Below, one piece after another: positions 24,481 to 37,632 of a stretch of 64,000 bases of DNA. The notes under the pieces were generated by a model. It did no database searches, was not told where the DNA came from, and saw only the letters and a list, made by a program, of their open reading frames with translations. A program made the position numbers and the translations under genes. Numbering within the stretch: position 1 is the first letter of the stretch; every line of letters begins with the position of its first letter. Source of the stretch: Octopus sinensis (Eukaryota); contig NC_043001.1 of NCBI RefSeq assembly GCF_006345805.1, positions 13,516,001 through 13,580,000 on the forward strand, written 5' to 3'.

Positions 24481-27328
24481 CGTCGTTGACATAACACCAT
24501 GGCTTCATACATATAAGAATAATTTTGTACAATTCATAGGAAAACAATTGTTTTTTAATTATTGATTTTAAGTTAATGTTATTCTCAATTATCTATTTAG
24601 GTTCAATTTTTCTACAAAACGTTTCTCTTTAATACCATATTTTAATACCATACGAGGGACGTTCAATAAGTAATGCCTGTGACCCACATGCAGTTGTTTG
24701 ATCTAGCTGTAATTTTGCATGTCCAATCATTTATATCTCTATAGAGTAAGTGGCAAATTACAGCTCTGAACTAATTGTGGTTTCTGATTTACAGGTGTTT
24801 GAACCGAGTCAAGTGTGAAATGGAGCCTGTTGAGTGTCGGGCAGTGATCCGGTTTTTGTATTTGAAAGGACGCACACCACGGGAGACATTTGATGAAATG
24901 AAAGTAACTTATGGTGATGATGCCCCATCATATGACCTTGTAAAACGCTGGCATCGTGAATTCAAACATGGTCGGAACTCTGTGGAAACAGCTCCCAGAT
25001 CTGGTCGCCCCTTCTGCCATTGATGAGGCATCTGTCCGTCAAGTTGAGGCTGCCATTTTGGAAGATCGACGCATAATTATTCGCCAAATAGCCCATGAGG
25101 TCAAGATTAGTACCGGGTCAGTGGAAACTATCATTCATGACCATTTGCATATGCAAAAGGTGTCTGCCAGATGGATTCCCAGGTTGCTCACGCCTTTCCA
25201 GAAGCAAGAACGCGTCGAGTGATCGAGGGTGAATTTGGAGATGTGCCAAGAAGATGAGTCAAAATGTTTCAAAAGACTGATTACACAGGATGAAACCTGG
25301 GTCCATCACGATGATCCAGAGACCAAAAGCCCAGTCAATGTAGTGGAAGCACCGTGACTCACCCCCTCCAAAGAAGGCAAGGATGCAGCCCTCCGCTGGC
25401 AAGGACATGCTCACAGTCTTCTGGGACCAGGACGGAGTAGTGATGACAGATTTCCTGGCAAAGGGTACCACAATTGCAGGAGCTTATTATGCTTCACTTT
25501 TGAGGAAATTAAGAGAAGTTATCAAAATCAAGAGGCGGGGCAAGATCAGCAAAGGCATCCTCCTCCTGCAGGACAACGCTCCGGTCCACAACTCGATGGT
25601 CACCAGATCAGAAGCACAGGCGTATGTCTATGAACTCCTCCCCCATCCCCCTACTTTCCTGACCCTGCACCCTCTGATTTTCACCTCTTCCTAGGCATGA
25701 AGTTGTTTTTGAAAGGAAAGCGTTTCCCAGATGATGCAGCCTTGATTTCTGAAGTCACGTTCAGGTTGGAGGACCAAGCTGGGGTCTTCTACAAAAACGG
25801 TCTCCAGAACTGCATCAAACAATGGGAGAAATGGGTAACTCTGGATGGTTGCTATGTAGAAAAAGACTAATAACTGTGCCAAGTTTCGTTGCTCTACTGC
25901 TATGGGAAGTGGGTCAGGGGCATTACTTATTGAACGCCCCTCGTATTTAAAAAGTTCCTACATTAGGTGTTCACTTAATGAAATCGTTTTTTATTTCACT
26001 TGCAGGATGTTTGTGAATCCACGAATTTTACTGAATTTTCGGTTTCTATAATGTAAATATTTTTCAATGACTGCATTAAGTAGCAGATAAAAATAACAGC
26101 TCTTACAAGTGATACAGGCGTCCCTAAATTTTGTCTTTATGTCCACTGTTTGTAAATTTTGGCAGGAACATCGACTGTCATTGCATGAATTATGGATTCT
26201 AAACAAAGAATATTTTATTTTTTTCCAACTAATTTTAGCCTGATTTAGCAAATGGATCCCACATCGTAGCACTGCAGGACACGGCAGCTCTGTTGAAATC
26301 ACTAGTCCACCAAGACTTATTCCGGAAGCGCGTCTAAAATGAACATTGCTAATGCTGTGCTTCAGTATGTTCACAGCACTTGCCTGAAAATAACAATGTA
26401 ATATTAGAGAAAGTATAACACTCTCATCCTTGTCAGATAAAAAAGACAGCCAATAGTTTTTTGTGCCAAAATTTGTGTATTTTTCTAGTAATTCACGAAG
26501 AGAAGTAGTCGGACATTTCCATCCGTTTTCAACTAATTTTAACGTCTTTCTTTGAGGTATTCACAGATTTTTGAGCCGGGCGCTTTCGCCATCCAATGGC
26601 CCTTTCTCAAAGTTTTTTGTCTCGGCCGTGACTAACAAATATATGTCTCGTTCATGTTTGTCTGTCCTTCCCTTTTTGGTAGAATTGTTAATTAGATGGC
26701 TCATTTGCCTCTTCAATTACATTGGTAAGTTCGATTAGTACTTTAGTTAGATTTCCTGGGTAAGTATTTCGGACGTGAAATTTCGTATATAGTGTCATTG
26801 CTTTCAACGAGTTGCTCTGCAATTGCCTTTCTTTTCTTTCTTTCTAATTCTGTAAAACCCCTTATTGCAACACTAGAACATAAGGTACGTTTCCTTTCAG
26901 ATCCTGGGTCTGGACCCTTATTTCTTTGTGCTTTCAACCGTTTAATCACGATCTCGTATATGAGCAGGTAGTTTACCTTTCATGGAGTAAAGGTTATTGA
27001 CTCCTTCGAAGTGTTTACAACATTACGAGATATTTGTTTCTTTTTCTTCTTTGTGTTTGAGAATTCCTTACATCGCAAACATCCTGCAAGTGTAATACAA
27101 AACGATTTCATTAAGTGAACATCTAATGTAGGAACTTTTTAAATATATTTCCCTTTTTTTTAATGGATCGATAGCATGGTATTAAAATATCCGTTTAAAG
27201 AGAAACGTTTTGTAGATAATTGAGAATAACATTAACTTAAAATCACTAATTAAAAACAATTGTTTTCCTATGAATTGTACAAAACTATTCTTATATGTAT
27301 GAAACCATGGTGTTATGTCAACGATATT
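24481..27328 (-). mobile_element. Decayed DNA transposon with ~240-bp terminal inverted repeats; left TIR interrupted by a mariner
   Basis: 24484-24650 plus 25944-26020 is the reverse complement of 27070-27326. The internal minus strand gives HTH-like pieces (..KSVNTSKK..CPTTSLRELL), so Tc1/mariner-superfamily identity is tentative. Confidence 0.75.
24653..25943 (+). mobile_element. Full-length mariner, irritans subfamily-like (Himar1/Hsmar2 type), inactive
   Basis: TIR CGAGGGGCGTTCAATAAGTAATGCC, TA TSD at 24651 and 25944, 1291 bp. Transposase MEPVECRAVIRFL..WIPRLLT..TQDETW..LQDNAP..Y(F)PD(P)APSDF, with stops and frameshifts. Confidence 0.95.
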
Positions 27329-28544
27329 TCTTCCTTCGAAATTTTCGGGAGTTTTATCCTTCCTGTAATTCATATTGTACACAAATTCTGAATTTCAGGC
27401 ATTTTCTGGAAAAGTTTTAGGCGATATCGTTATTCGTGCTTATATAACGTTAGTTTAATTTTCTTCGTGTTTCTTAGAATAATGCAATTGTTTATTCCAC
27501 ACAACAATTCTGTTACAGACGGAAAAAAGTGTAAGAGTCTAGCTTTCTAGATTTATTTCGACGTAATACTAAAGGAAGATTACTGTTGCAACATGCAAGA
27601 AAGACACCTTAATACAGTACAGGAAGAAATTAATGTTTGTATCTTATATATCTTATACGCAGAACATTCTAAAAGTTAATGAAATAAAATTGTATTGTCA
27701 ACATTGTCTTTTGTAATTTCGCAAGCAAATGCTGCCAGACTAAACAAAATTGTATAGTGCATTATCTTTTCAGATCTATAGATAATATAATATCAAGCGA
27801 TTAGAATGTATCATCATATTTACCTGAAGCCAAATGCACATGAAATAAGCCATTATGTATGTCATGTTTGATAAGGAAAATTTCGAAGAAATAACGAAAT
27901 AAAAACTAGAAATGAAATTCAGTTGAAACAGTGAAACGATTCTTTTATATATAATCTTCTGTTTTCAGTATAAAAGATCGAAGTATGAACTAAAATCTCA
28001 GAAACTGTGGGAGATTAGAATTTTTTATATCCATTGTTTACAAAAGTTCTCGTTATTTTTTTCCATTCTTCATATATATTTGTATACAAACACGGAAGAT
28101 TTTTATTAAAAATGTATGAAAATACATCAGAAATATTCATATTTTGTTTTCTACTTTTTACAAGCTGTGAATGTTACATTTATTATGATAAAACGCATGA
28201 CAGGAAAATACCAGCTTTTTATTTCTTGGTTTGGATATGTTATTAGTAATAATGCCTCTTCACTCCACACATGTCCATGAGATTATATACAGCCTGAGCA
28301 TTCAAAATCAAATGAGAAGTCTTTCGTCACCATCATCACGATACTTCTCCTCCTCATCATCATCTTCATCACAATCACCATCTTCTGCACGGATACCATT
28401 ATTCATCCGCTTCCTCATCCAACCACCAATAGCACCACTACCACCTTCGCCACCAACACCACTACTGCTACTGCTACCTTATATATTTTTCATTTATAAT
28501 TATACCTTTGCTTTACTTTCATATATATCAAATGGAATCTTACG

Positions 28545-28750
28545 GTGGCCATCTGGCTGAATTGTCAGCACACCGTACAAAATGCTTAACGGCATTTCTT
28601 CTGACTTTATAATCTGAACTCAAATGCCATCTATGCCTTTCATCCTTGCGGGGTCGATAAAATATGTATCCGTTATTCATTTAGTGCGGATATAATCGAC
28701 TTACCCCCGCTCCAAAATTACTGTCCTTTGGCCGAAAATTGACACCAATA
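28545..28750 (+). mobile_element. SINE family A, diverged copy with alternative tail
   Basis: GCCTTTCATCCTTGCGGGGTCGATAAAA..AATCGACTTACCCC..CAAAATTACTG. Confidence 0.7.
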
Positions 28751-29028
28751 TGAAATCAACCTTATTACTATCACTAGTGTTATTATCATAAACATCATCA
28801 TAGTCACAATTATCGCAACTACCTATATATACATATATACATACATGTAAAATTTCAATGGACTAGAAGTAGGTGATGTCGGCAACTGGTGCTTGCATGG
28901 TGATTTAGAGTTGCGGTTTCGGTACCCGGATGGAAGATTGTTACTAAAGTCTTTTTTTAAAAATTGTTTCTTGTTTTTTGTGGAGGGATTGAGTCTTTTT
29001 TAGTTTCTTTTTCTGCTTTTTCTTCTTT

Positions 29029-29250
29029 CTAAAGGATATTCAGATGTGGTTTATATTTTCTAATCAGTATGTTTACTTTATTTAAACGGAATTGCGTTGA
29101 AGTGTTTCCAGTGCATTGATAGAGAGGAAAGATTTGGTATTTATGATTTATGTCTACAGGACATTGGTCTAGATGCTCGCTTACGGGTATTTTCCAAGTG
29201 GTGGGCTCTCGGATTTGTTGCCTGTGTACCGTAAGTCTATCCCTCAAAGT
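29029..29250 (-). mobile_element. Penelope-like element 3' fragment, C-terminal part of GIY-YIG endonuclease
   Basis: LRDRLTVHRQQIREP..IPVSEHLDQC..YQIFPLY..RLNK...IRKYKPHLN matches the R..HR / HL..C / P.LN pattern of PLE GIY-YIG C-termini. Confidence 0.8.
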
Positions 29251-29764
29251 TAAGTTAGTTTAACCTATGTAGTCTCCACACACCCTCATGTGTGGGTGTA
29301 TATTTGTATTTATGTATGTATATTTGTATTTATCTATCCATTTATTTATCATTAAGTTCACTCAAATACGCCCTACATTGATTTAGCATGTATGAAATCA
29401 ATTATTTTTCATGGAAATCATTGCTTGGTATTGAGAATCCGCCATCGCTGATGCATTCATATTCAGATCTTTAGTAGAGCAATACAGGAAGCTTTCTATA
29501 TCCAAGATCATTTATCGGAAAAGCGAATGAACAAGGTCCTGTGTGCGTTACAATAAAATGGGAGATCGCAGACACATACATAACGTATTTTAGTAAACTA
29601 CAAAAATCCGTGAGTTTTTCTATGGAGTAGTCGCAATCATGGAAACAGTGAGTGATGTCACATAAGCATGAGACAAGCGCAATTCTTCTATTACCTTCAA
29701 ATAAGATTAATTTGAAGATATTAAGATGTATCACATTGCCAAGACCCACCCACTGTCATAAGTA

Positions 29765-30311
29765 TGGGTTGTCCGGAAAGTTCGTGCCGATTTTTAAAGA
29801 AAAGCAAAAGGTCAATAAATACTTGCCATTACATTTTAAATCAACCAAATATGAACCATTTTGTTGCCCGATGCGTCTCCATCTTTCTTTTAACTTGAAA
29901 ATACCCTCTTCCCAGAATTGAGGTGGTTTCATGACAAAGAATTCACCAAGGTATCTTTTTACGTCATCCAAGGAATTGAAATGTTTACCATTAAGACTAT
30001 TCTGCAGAGACGTGAATAAGTGGAAATCTGGTGAATATGAAGGGTGGGGTAACACATCCCAGCCGAGCTGCAGCAATTTTTGTCTGGTTCCCAAAGCATC
30101 AAATGCCAAAAATGAACTTTCATATATTCCATTGTAAAGGGTTACACACCGACACGTTATAGAAACATAAACCTTCTTCCACGAAAAGATAGCTTAAACT
30201 GTGCTCTAAATGGAGGTATAGTCAGATCCTTTTTTACGGACTCAACCATTTTCTAAAATAAGTCAAAAGGTAAGCTACTATAAATCGGCACGAACTTTCA
30301 GGACAACCCAA
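29765..30311 (-). mobile_element. Internally deleted mariner (mellifera-like) retaining both TIRs
   Basis: TIR TGGGTTGTCC(G/T)GAAAGTTCGTGCCGATTT with TA flanks; peptide LGWDVLPHPSYSPD-FHLFTSLQNSLNGKHF..ERWRRIGQQNGSY. Confidence 0.92.
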
Positions 30312-30444
30312 TAATTTCACAATAATTTAAAATCAACGCTTCCTAAAAATACACTCTTTGCGTTCATACTTTCCATGATAATGTTACACAGATATTTAGT
30401 CAGCAACACACTCGATTAAATAAACCACAACTAAGACACTTTGT

Positions 30445-30840
30445 TCTATTCTCTTTTAATTGCTTCAGTCGGTTGACTGCGGCAATGCGGGAGCACCGCC
30501 TTTAGTCGAGGAAATCGACCCTAGGACTTTTTCTTTGGAAGCCTAGTACTTATTCTATCGGTCTCTTTTGTCAATCCACTAGGTTACAGGGACGTAAACA
30601 CACCGACATTGGTTGCCAAGCGACAAACACAGACACACAAACACACACACATATAAATACATATGCATATATAGGACGGGCTTCATTTAGTTTCTGTCTA
30701 CCAAATCCACTCACAAGGCTTTGGTCAGCCCAAGGCTATAATAGAAGACACTTGACGAAGGTGCCACGCAGTGGGACCGAACCCGGAACCATGTGGTTGG
30801 TGAGCAAGCTACTTACCACACAGCTACTGCTGCGCCTATA
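30445..30840 (-). mobile_element. SINE family B, full length
   Basis: Reverse complement of head, short microsatellite and tail. Confidence 0.9.
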
Positions 30841-31339
30841 TAAACTTTACTGATATCACATATTATTGAATTTACACTGAAAGCATAAAGAACGATGAGA
30901 CGAATCACTATCAGCTAATAAATAAAGAGAAGTACTATTTCTATACGGTGTAGTGAACAAAATATCTTTTCAATTGGTTGTAAATATAAGCACTGACAAA
31001 CAAACGCATAGATACAGGAACACACATACAAACAAACACCCACCTACATTGTGTGTGCGTGTGGATGTGTGTGTGTATTTGAGTGTGCGTAAGGTGATAT
31101 ACATGTATTACCACAGGAACGAAATGTAAAGTTGGTTATTCATTACATCGTACAAAACGTCTCTCGAAGTCTTGTTGATTCGCCAATTGTTACTTGTATT
31201 TTCATACAGCGAAGGAATAAAGAAATATATATGATCGCCTTGACAATACATATTCAAAAACGGTAACATGTTTTATGTAGGGCATTTCTTTCTCTCTCAA
31301 TCACACACTTCCCTCTCTCTCTTACTGTCTCTTTCTTGC

Positions 31340-31527
31340 ACGATCTCTCTCTCTCTATATATATATACATATATATATATATTTATATATATTTATATTT
31401 ATATTATATATATATATATGTATATAGATATATATGTATGTATATATATATGTATGTATATATATATAATATATAATATATATATATATGTATGAATGAT
31501 ATATATATATATATATATTATGTATGA

Positions 31528-31568
<41 letters not shown>

Positions 31569-31624
31569 AATGTATATATAATATATATATGTATGTATAT
31601 ATATATATGTATAATATATATATG

Positions 31625-31658
<34 letters not shown>

Positions 31659-31688
31659 ATGTATATATATATGTATATATAATATATG

Positions 31689-31722
<34 letters not shown>

Positions 31723-31755
31723 TGTATGAATGTAATATATATATATATATGTATG

Positions 31756-31810
<55 letters not shown>

Positions 31811-31968
31811 GTGTGTGTGTGTGTTGTGGTTCTTTATCTTGTGTTTGTTCTCCGTTTTTGGGATGATTTACTATATATATATTTATATATATACAATGTA
31901 AATATGAGTCTAAATATATGTGTATACAAATCATAAATACATAAATATACATATTTACACAATATAAC

Positions 31969-32063
<95 letters not shown>

Positions 32064-32165
32064 TATATAATATATATATAATATACAGATATATATATAT
32101 ACATACAGATATATATATACAGATATATATATATATATATATATACTCACATACACACACGTACA
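31340..32165. repeat. Long degenerate (TA)n tract with TATGAATG punctuation
   Basis: Seen directly. Confidence 0.95.
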
Positions 32166-32642
32166 TGCATGTGGATTTGTGATATATTCCCCATAGCCAA
32201 GCGTTTTCTATATTGCTTTTTTCTCTTCATATCGTTTGGCGTTCTTTGTGTGAGATACCACGCATACAGACAACTATTATTCATTGTGTTCTTTAGCACA
32301 AGAGGTCTGTACGCCACGTATTGCAATGTGCGAGTTAAATAAAAAAAAACACGTTTGTCAGAAATCTGTATATATTTCGTTGAAATATGAGTAAGAGGGA
32401 CAAAAGTATTAATGATATTCAAGTACAGATAGTAGATCATACTTATCCTTAAACTGCAAACCTTCAAATTGCATTTGTGAATATTCACAAATACTGTGCA
32501 CTTTCACATATAGACGGTAAAAGCACATATATAAATTCTTAGACGTATGAATGTTTGCATATATAAACACTCACACATACACAATTGTATGTATACATGA
32601 AGAACAATACACACACACACACACAAATATATATATATATAT

Positions 32643-32675
<33 letters not shown>

Positions 32676-32807
32676 ATATATATATGTATGTATGTATATA
32701 TATATGTTATATATATATATATATGTATGTATATATATTATATGTATATATATATGTTATATATATATATATATGTATGTATATATATATATACATATAT
32801 ATATATA

Positions 32808-33298
32808 GTTATCGCCATACTAATATGGTATTCTTATAAAAATAAGAATAAAGCTGTCCGCTTATTAGCTCCATGAGGCCATCGCATTAAGTTAGCTATT
32901 TGATACACAAACTGTATCCATATAACCTTCGAACAAGGGAGGTCAGTCGCTCCACACTACTTGACCGGCAGCTACAGACGCGTTTCGGGGTATTGCCCCT
33001 TTTCAATGCAGCGTAGCCAGACCAGTAGGTGTCGCTTCTGACAATCTCTGTTCGAAGGTTTTATTTACCTAGCTTCGGTGGAATACATCCACTTGTTTTC
33101 AATAATAGAAATATTAAAATTACTAAGTCTCTCTAAAAGAGAACAACGGCAGCGTTCCCGGAAAATAATAGTTATCGCCATACTAATATGGCATTCTTAT
33201 AAAAATAAGAATAAAGCTGTCCGCTTATTAGCTCCATGACGCCATCGCCTTAAGTTAGCTATTTGATACACAAACTGTATCCATATAACCTTCGAACA
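32808..33298 (-). mobile_element. Hammerhead-containing non-coding repeat, 1.35 tandem units, period 363 nt (Penelope pLTR / retrozyme-like)
   Basis: 32808-32935 recurs at 33171-33298; homologous to 47808-48160 and 57946-58434. Confidence 0.8.
32971..33012 (-). ncRNA. Minimal type I hammerhead ribozyme, U3-A8 variant
   Basis: GCTGCA TTGAAAA GGGG-CAATA-CCCC GAAAC GC GTC TGTAGC: 6-bp stem I (one G.U), 4-bp stem II, palindromic stem III ACGCGT, GUC site. Confidence 0.8.
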
Positions 33299-33789
33299 GA
33301 TTGCTACCGATCGAATCTGCGCTTGCGCGGAGGACTTGAAATATTATAAAATGTAAGAATGAGACACGTGTTATTTGGTCTCTAATTTATATGTTAAAGT
33401 TTTGGCATATCTACTGATGAGGACTTCGCCTTGCGAATTATTTTATTTGCTAATTATAGTTGGAAACCTGAGGTCCGGCTGTAAAACATGGTAAATGTTT
33501 TTTTTATTTTTCATTTCCTTCGAAATTGCTCTTAACTGTGGTTTGGACTTTTTGACTGTTCTTTCTAGTATGTTATGCAACCTGTTTACAGGCTCGCCTC
33601 TTTGTGTTTAAATGTACACTACGCCATGATAGATCATTAGCAACTACACACATTTTTTTCTCTCCTTGTTTTTTTCTGTGTCCCTTTCTGTAGAAGAGCG
33701 TAGGCTCGAAATCCTGAGCGTTATACTAATACATCTGTTTGTTTTGTACACCACCTGTCTTCGTCTTATGTTTTTTCGTAAACTCTCCC

Positions 33790-33854
<65 letters not shown>

Positions 33855-35011
33855 AAGACGGGCCTCCATATGGCTTCCGTCTTCTAAATTCACTCGCAAG
33901 GCATTTGTCGATCGAGGTCTTTTGTGGAATATAACAACCCTTAGCTTCGTCTGTGAATTTGTACATGCCTATCTGTACGTGATTGCGTGTTTGTAAGCAT
34001 AAAATAGAATTTATTGTATATATTTAAAAATATAAAAAGACGAATGAACTATTGGACACAGACACTAGAGTAAAATGTTATGATTATTAAAGACTGCATT
34101 TTATAAGTCTTAACGCCGATCTACCATATAACCTGAAATTAGTAACGAAAGAGATCTGTTATCTTATGTTTTTGGCAGAAAAGTAGTTGGAATGATGGAG
34201 AAATGTGTAAAAAAGATTTACTTGAAAATATAGAAACAAAATGAAATCCAAAAATATAGTAGAAAACTTTTGAAATGAAATTTGAAAATATTGAAGAAAA
34301 TTGAAGTTCTGTAAGAGTTATTTTAAAAAAGGAATAGTGAAATATATGTAACATAAAATTGTAAAATAAATTCATAAAATAATAGTTAGTTTGGTCAATT
34401 TTTTTTTAGATGTATTGTTGTATAGACATATATAGTTGTAGTTAAGAAATTGTAAATTATCCCACATGAAGAAATATTGCATCTTAATATATCAAATATT
34501 ATCAGAAAATATAATAAATTGGAATGTTCTCTCTTTAAAAATCGATTAGTTAAAATAGTTCGGTGAAAAAACTTGTAGAGAAAACACTTCCATTATTTCA
34601 GATTTGAAACGATTCTGTCATTTCATTGACTTCCGAAACTATTTTTTTACATTCATATGTATATATGTCTATATAAAATCTCCGTTTATATTTCGTCATA
34701 AGTTTCTTATTTTTATACGTAATATTATTCATTTCATTTTAACATTTATAGTTCCCCGTTACTCATTCGCTGTTGCTCGAATATCGCGCTTTCATAGTTC
34801 AATTTCAGATGATTGGATTGTAACGACGGTGAAAAGATGTTCATGCATTGATGCCTTTGGGCAAGTATATAACTGTATTATCAGACAATTGCAAAAACAT
34901 TTTTAAAAACATTCAAAACTCTGCAAAAATCCGGTACAAATTCTACATGGTTCAAAACGTTACATACTTTTTACTCAACTTGATATACATGTACACATAT
35001 ATATATATATG

Positions 35012-35236
35012 TTTCTTTATTACCCACAAGGGGCTAAACACAGAAGGGACAAACAAGGACAGACAAAGGGATTAAGTCGATTACATCGACCCCAGTGCGT
35101 AACTGGTACTTAATTTATCGACCCAGAAGGGATGAAAGGCAAAGTCGACCTCGGCGGAATTGGAACTCAGAACGTAACGGCAGACGAAATACCGCAAAGC
35201 ATTTCGCCCGGCGTGCTAACGTTTCTGCCATCTCGC
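35012..35236 (-). mobile_element. SINE family A monomer
   Basis: Reverse complement of head, body and tail, close to consensus. Confidence 0.92.
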
Positions 35237-35248
35237 AGTCTTATATGT

Positions 35249-35290
<42 letters not shown>

Positions 35291-35614
35291 GTGTGTGTGT
35301 ATGTGTGAGTGTGTGTGTATGTATATATGTATATGTATGTATGTGCGTATGTATGTATTAAAAGTGAGGAAAGCCGATTTATGGGATTATCTTAGATATC
35401 CCTTCCATAAAATATCTAGTTTTATAGCGTATCGTCAGATCTCAAAAACCTGTTCGCTCATAATCTCTTAGAAATGTGGAGGGGGAAGGCATTCTTTTCT
35501 ATATTTTTAAGAGGACATAAGCCAACAAGTTTTTGGGATCTGACGATATGCCATAAGGCTAAACCTTTATGGCCGGGAAACCTAAGGTAATACCATAAAT
35601 CAATAGCAGTGTAC

Positions 35615-35909
35615 AAACTCTATACTTCGAATGGCCAATTTTAAATACTATCGGAATTTACTCACAAGATATTGGAATCTTATATGTATACCATTCTGCC
35701 TAAATGATGGATCTACAAATGCATATCCCATATCTATTTTCGTTCCTCCACTTCACTCTCTATTTCGCATCTTATCTAAATGAACTATTGCTTAATCATT
35801 TTCTCAAACCGTCTCCAATGAAAGGATATAATAAATATCCTGGAGACAGCTGTAAGATCTATATATAAATGATGTAAAATCTTCACAGACTTGGTTTTTT
35901 TATCTCATT
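35615..35909 (+). repeat. ~295-bp direct repeat (partner 37633-37930) with a degenerate hammerhead-like motif
   Basis: Colinear similarity by eye; contains GTCT CCAATGA..GGATAT-AATAA-ATATCC..GAGAC AGCT GTA AGAT. Confidence 0.75.
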
Positions 35910-35939
35910 GTGAAAGAAAAAAAATTATATATAAAATAT

Positions 35940-36905
35940 ATATGTATATATGTATATATTTATCTTTAAGTATATAATTACAAAATATTATTAGAATTAA
36001 GGGCTCTAGAATGCCAGCGCCTATACGCTAAAAACGTAGAAGTCAAATACCTACGATCCACTCTAAATTAGTTCTCTATTTACAACCCTAGGTCAAATGT
36101 GATGTAATGGACAAGAAGATTTACAAAATTTCAGATAACTCTATATCTTAAAATTTCATATCTTAAAATTCTATATCTCTGCAATAGAAATTGTTTTGCA
36201 ATTAGAGAAATTATTTAGTGTGGATTGTAGGTATTTGACATCGACCTTTTAGCGTATAGGCCCTGGTATTCCAGAGCCGTTAATTATAATTATGTTTATA
36301 ATTATATACTTAAAAATGTATTTTACCGATACGGTCGCTTATTATACGCTAGCCACTGATATAATCATTTTAATGATTGTATACTTAATTTATAAGTACA
36401 AATCATTTTTGAGTTCTACAGTCGTTACATTATACTGTAGGACTGTATTTAACCCGTATGATTTCTAGCATTAACCATATGGTCGAGGTGGACTTGCAGC
36501 TAGAATCTATACGCGGGAAGTGCATGGATATGCAGGTATCTACGAACAGACTTGGTATCTATGGGAATTTCTTGTTTATAGGTTTAACGGTGTATTTCAA
36601 CTGAGAATTGGAAAGTAATTTCTATTGCAAAACATGAAACCTTGAGGTATAGAACTATTCGATAATTTGGAAAACTTCTTGCCCATTACCTCGCATCCCA
36701 ACTAGGGTTTTGAATAGAGAACTAAATTAGAGTGGATTGTAGGTATTTAACATCTACTTTTAGCGGTTAAGCGCTTGTACTCCAAAAGCCGAGCCCTTAA
36801 TTATAATTACATTTATTAATTATATACTTAAAAATTTATTTTACCGATGTGGTCACTTTTTATACGCTAGCAACTGATATAATCCTTTTAATGATTATAT
36901 CCTTA
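35940..36905. repeat. ~190-bp module in three copies (one inverted, two direct); MITE-like
   Basis: TGGATTGTAGGTATTT..TTTTAGCG..TTAATTATAATTA at ~36205-36390 and ~36715-36905, inverted at ~35940-36100. Confidence 0.7.
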
Positions 36906-37632
36906 ATGAATTGGAATATCTATGATTCGAATTTCATCAAAATTGTATATTAAGAATTTAAATGGGTGTTTGGGTGTTCTTTCCCTCTTTACACACCCTA
37001 ACAAAAGCTCTAATCATGACATATTTATCCTATACTACTCATCTGTATGACCTGATTCCAAAATCAAAATCTTATAACACCCATTCAAAGGATTTTGCAC
37101 CTGAAAAATTGAACAGATGTAGCTGTGAAATGTGGGAGTTAAAGTTGAATTGACTGGATTTTTTAAAACTTGTGTCTTATATTTACTGTTCGAATTTCTT
37201 TGAAATCAGAAATATATGAATGTTCACTAAGTTGGTAAAACAGAGCAAAGCGAGAGGAAACCAAAAGACGACTGATCATAATAAAGTCAGCTACCTTACT
37301 CTAATCGTTGCCACATTCCAGTGTAGGATTTCTCACGATACAGGTGACCGGCTCAGCCGTAAGATGCATTGGGACTATCCCTGACCTAGCGATAATAAAA
37401 AGACTCAAAATACGCCTGCAACCAAATAATGTTACTCAAAATTACACTTTGCAACTGAATCAGTGGAGGCAAATATGCCTCTCCTTTACTTGACAATTTA
37501 TGCACCACATTGCAGAAATTACAATCTAAGTATATCTCCATATTAGTACGGTCAAATCGATTTGACTTACTAATACATTCCCTACTTTTAGGTCACTTTA
37601 AATAAAACCCTTGATTCAATGACACCGTATAT

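Noticed and set aside
33414-33476. CTGATGA ... GAAACCTGAGGTC hammerhead-like spacing
   Set aside because: The stem II closing pair is G-G and no stem I can form.
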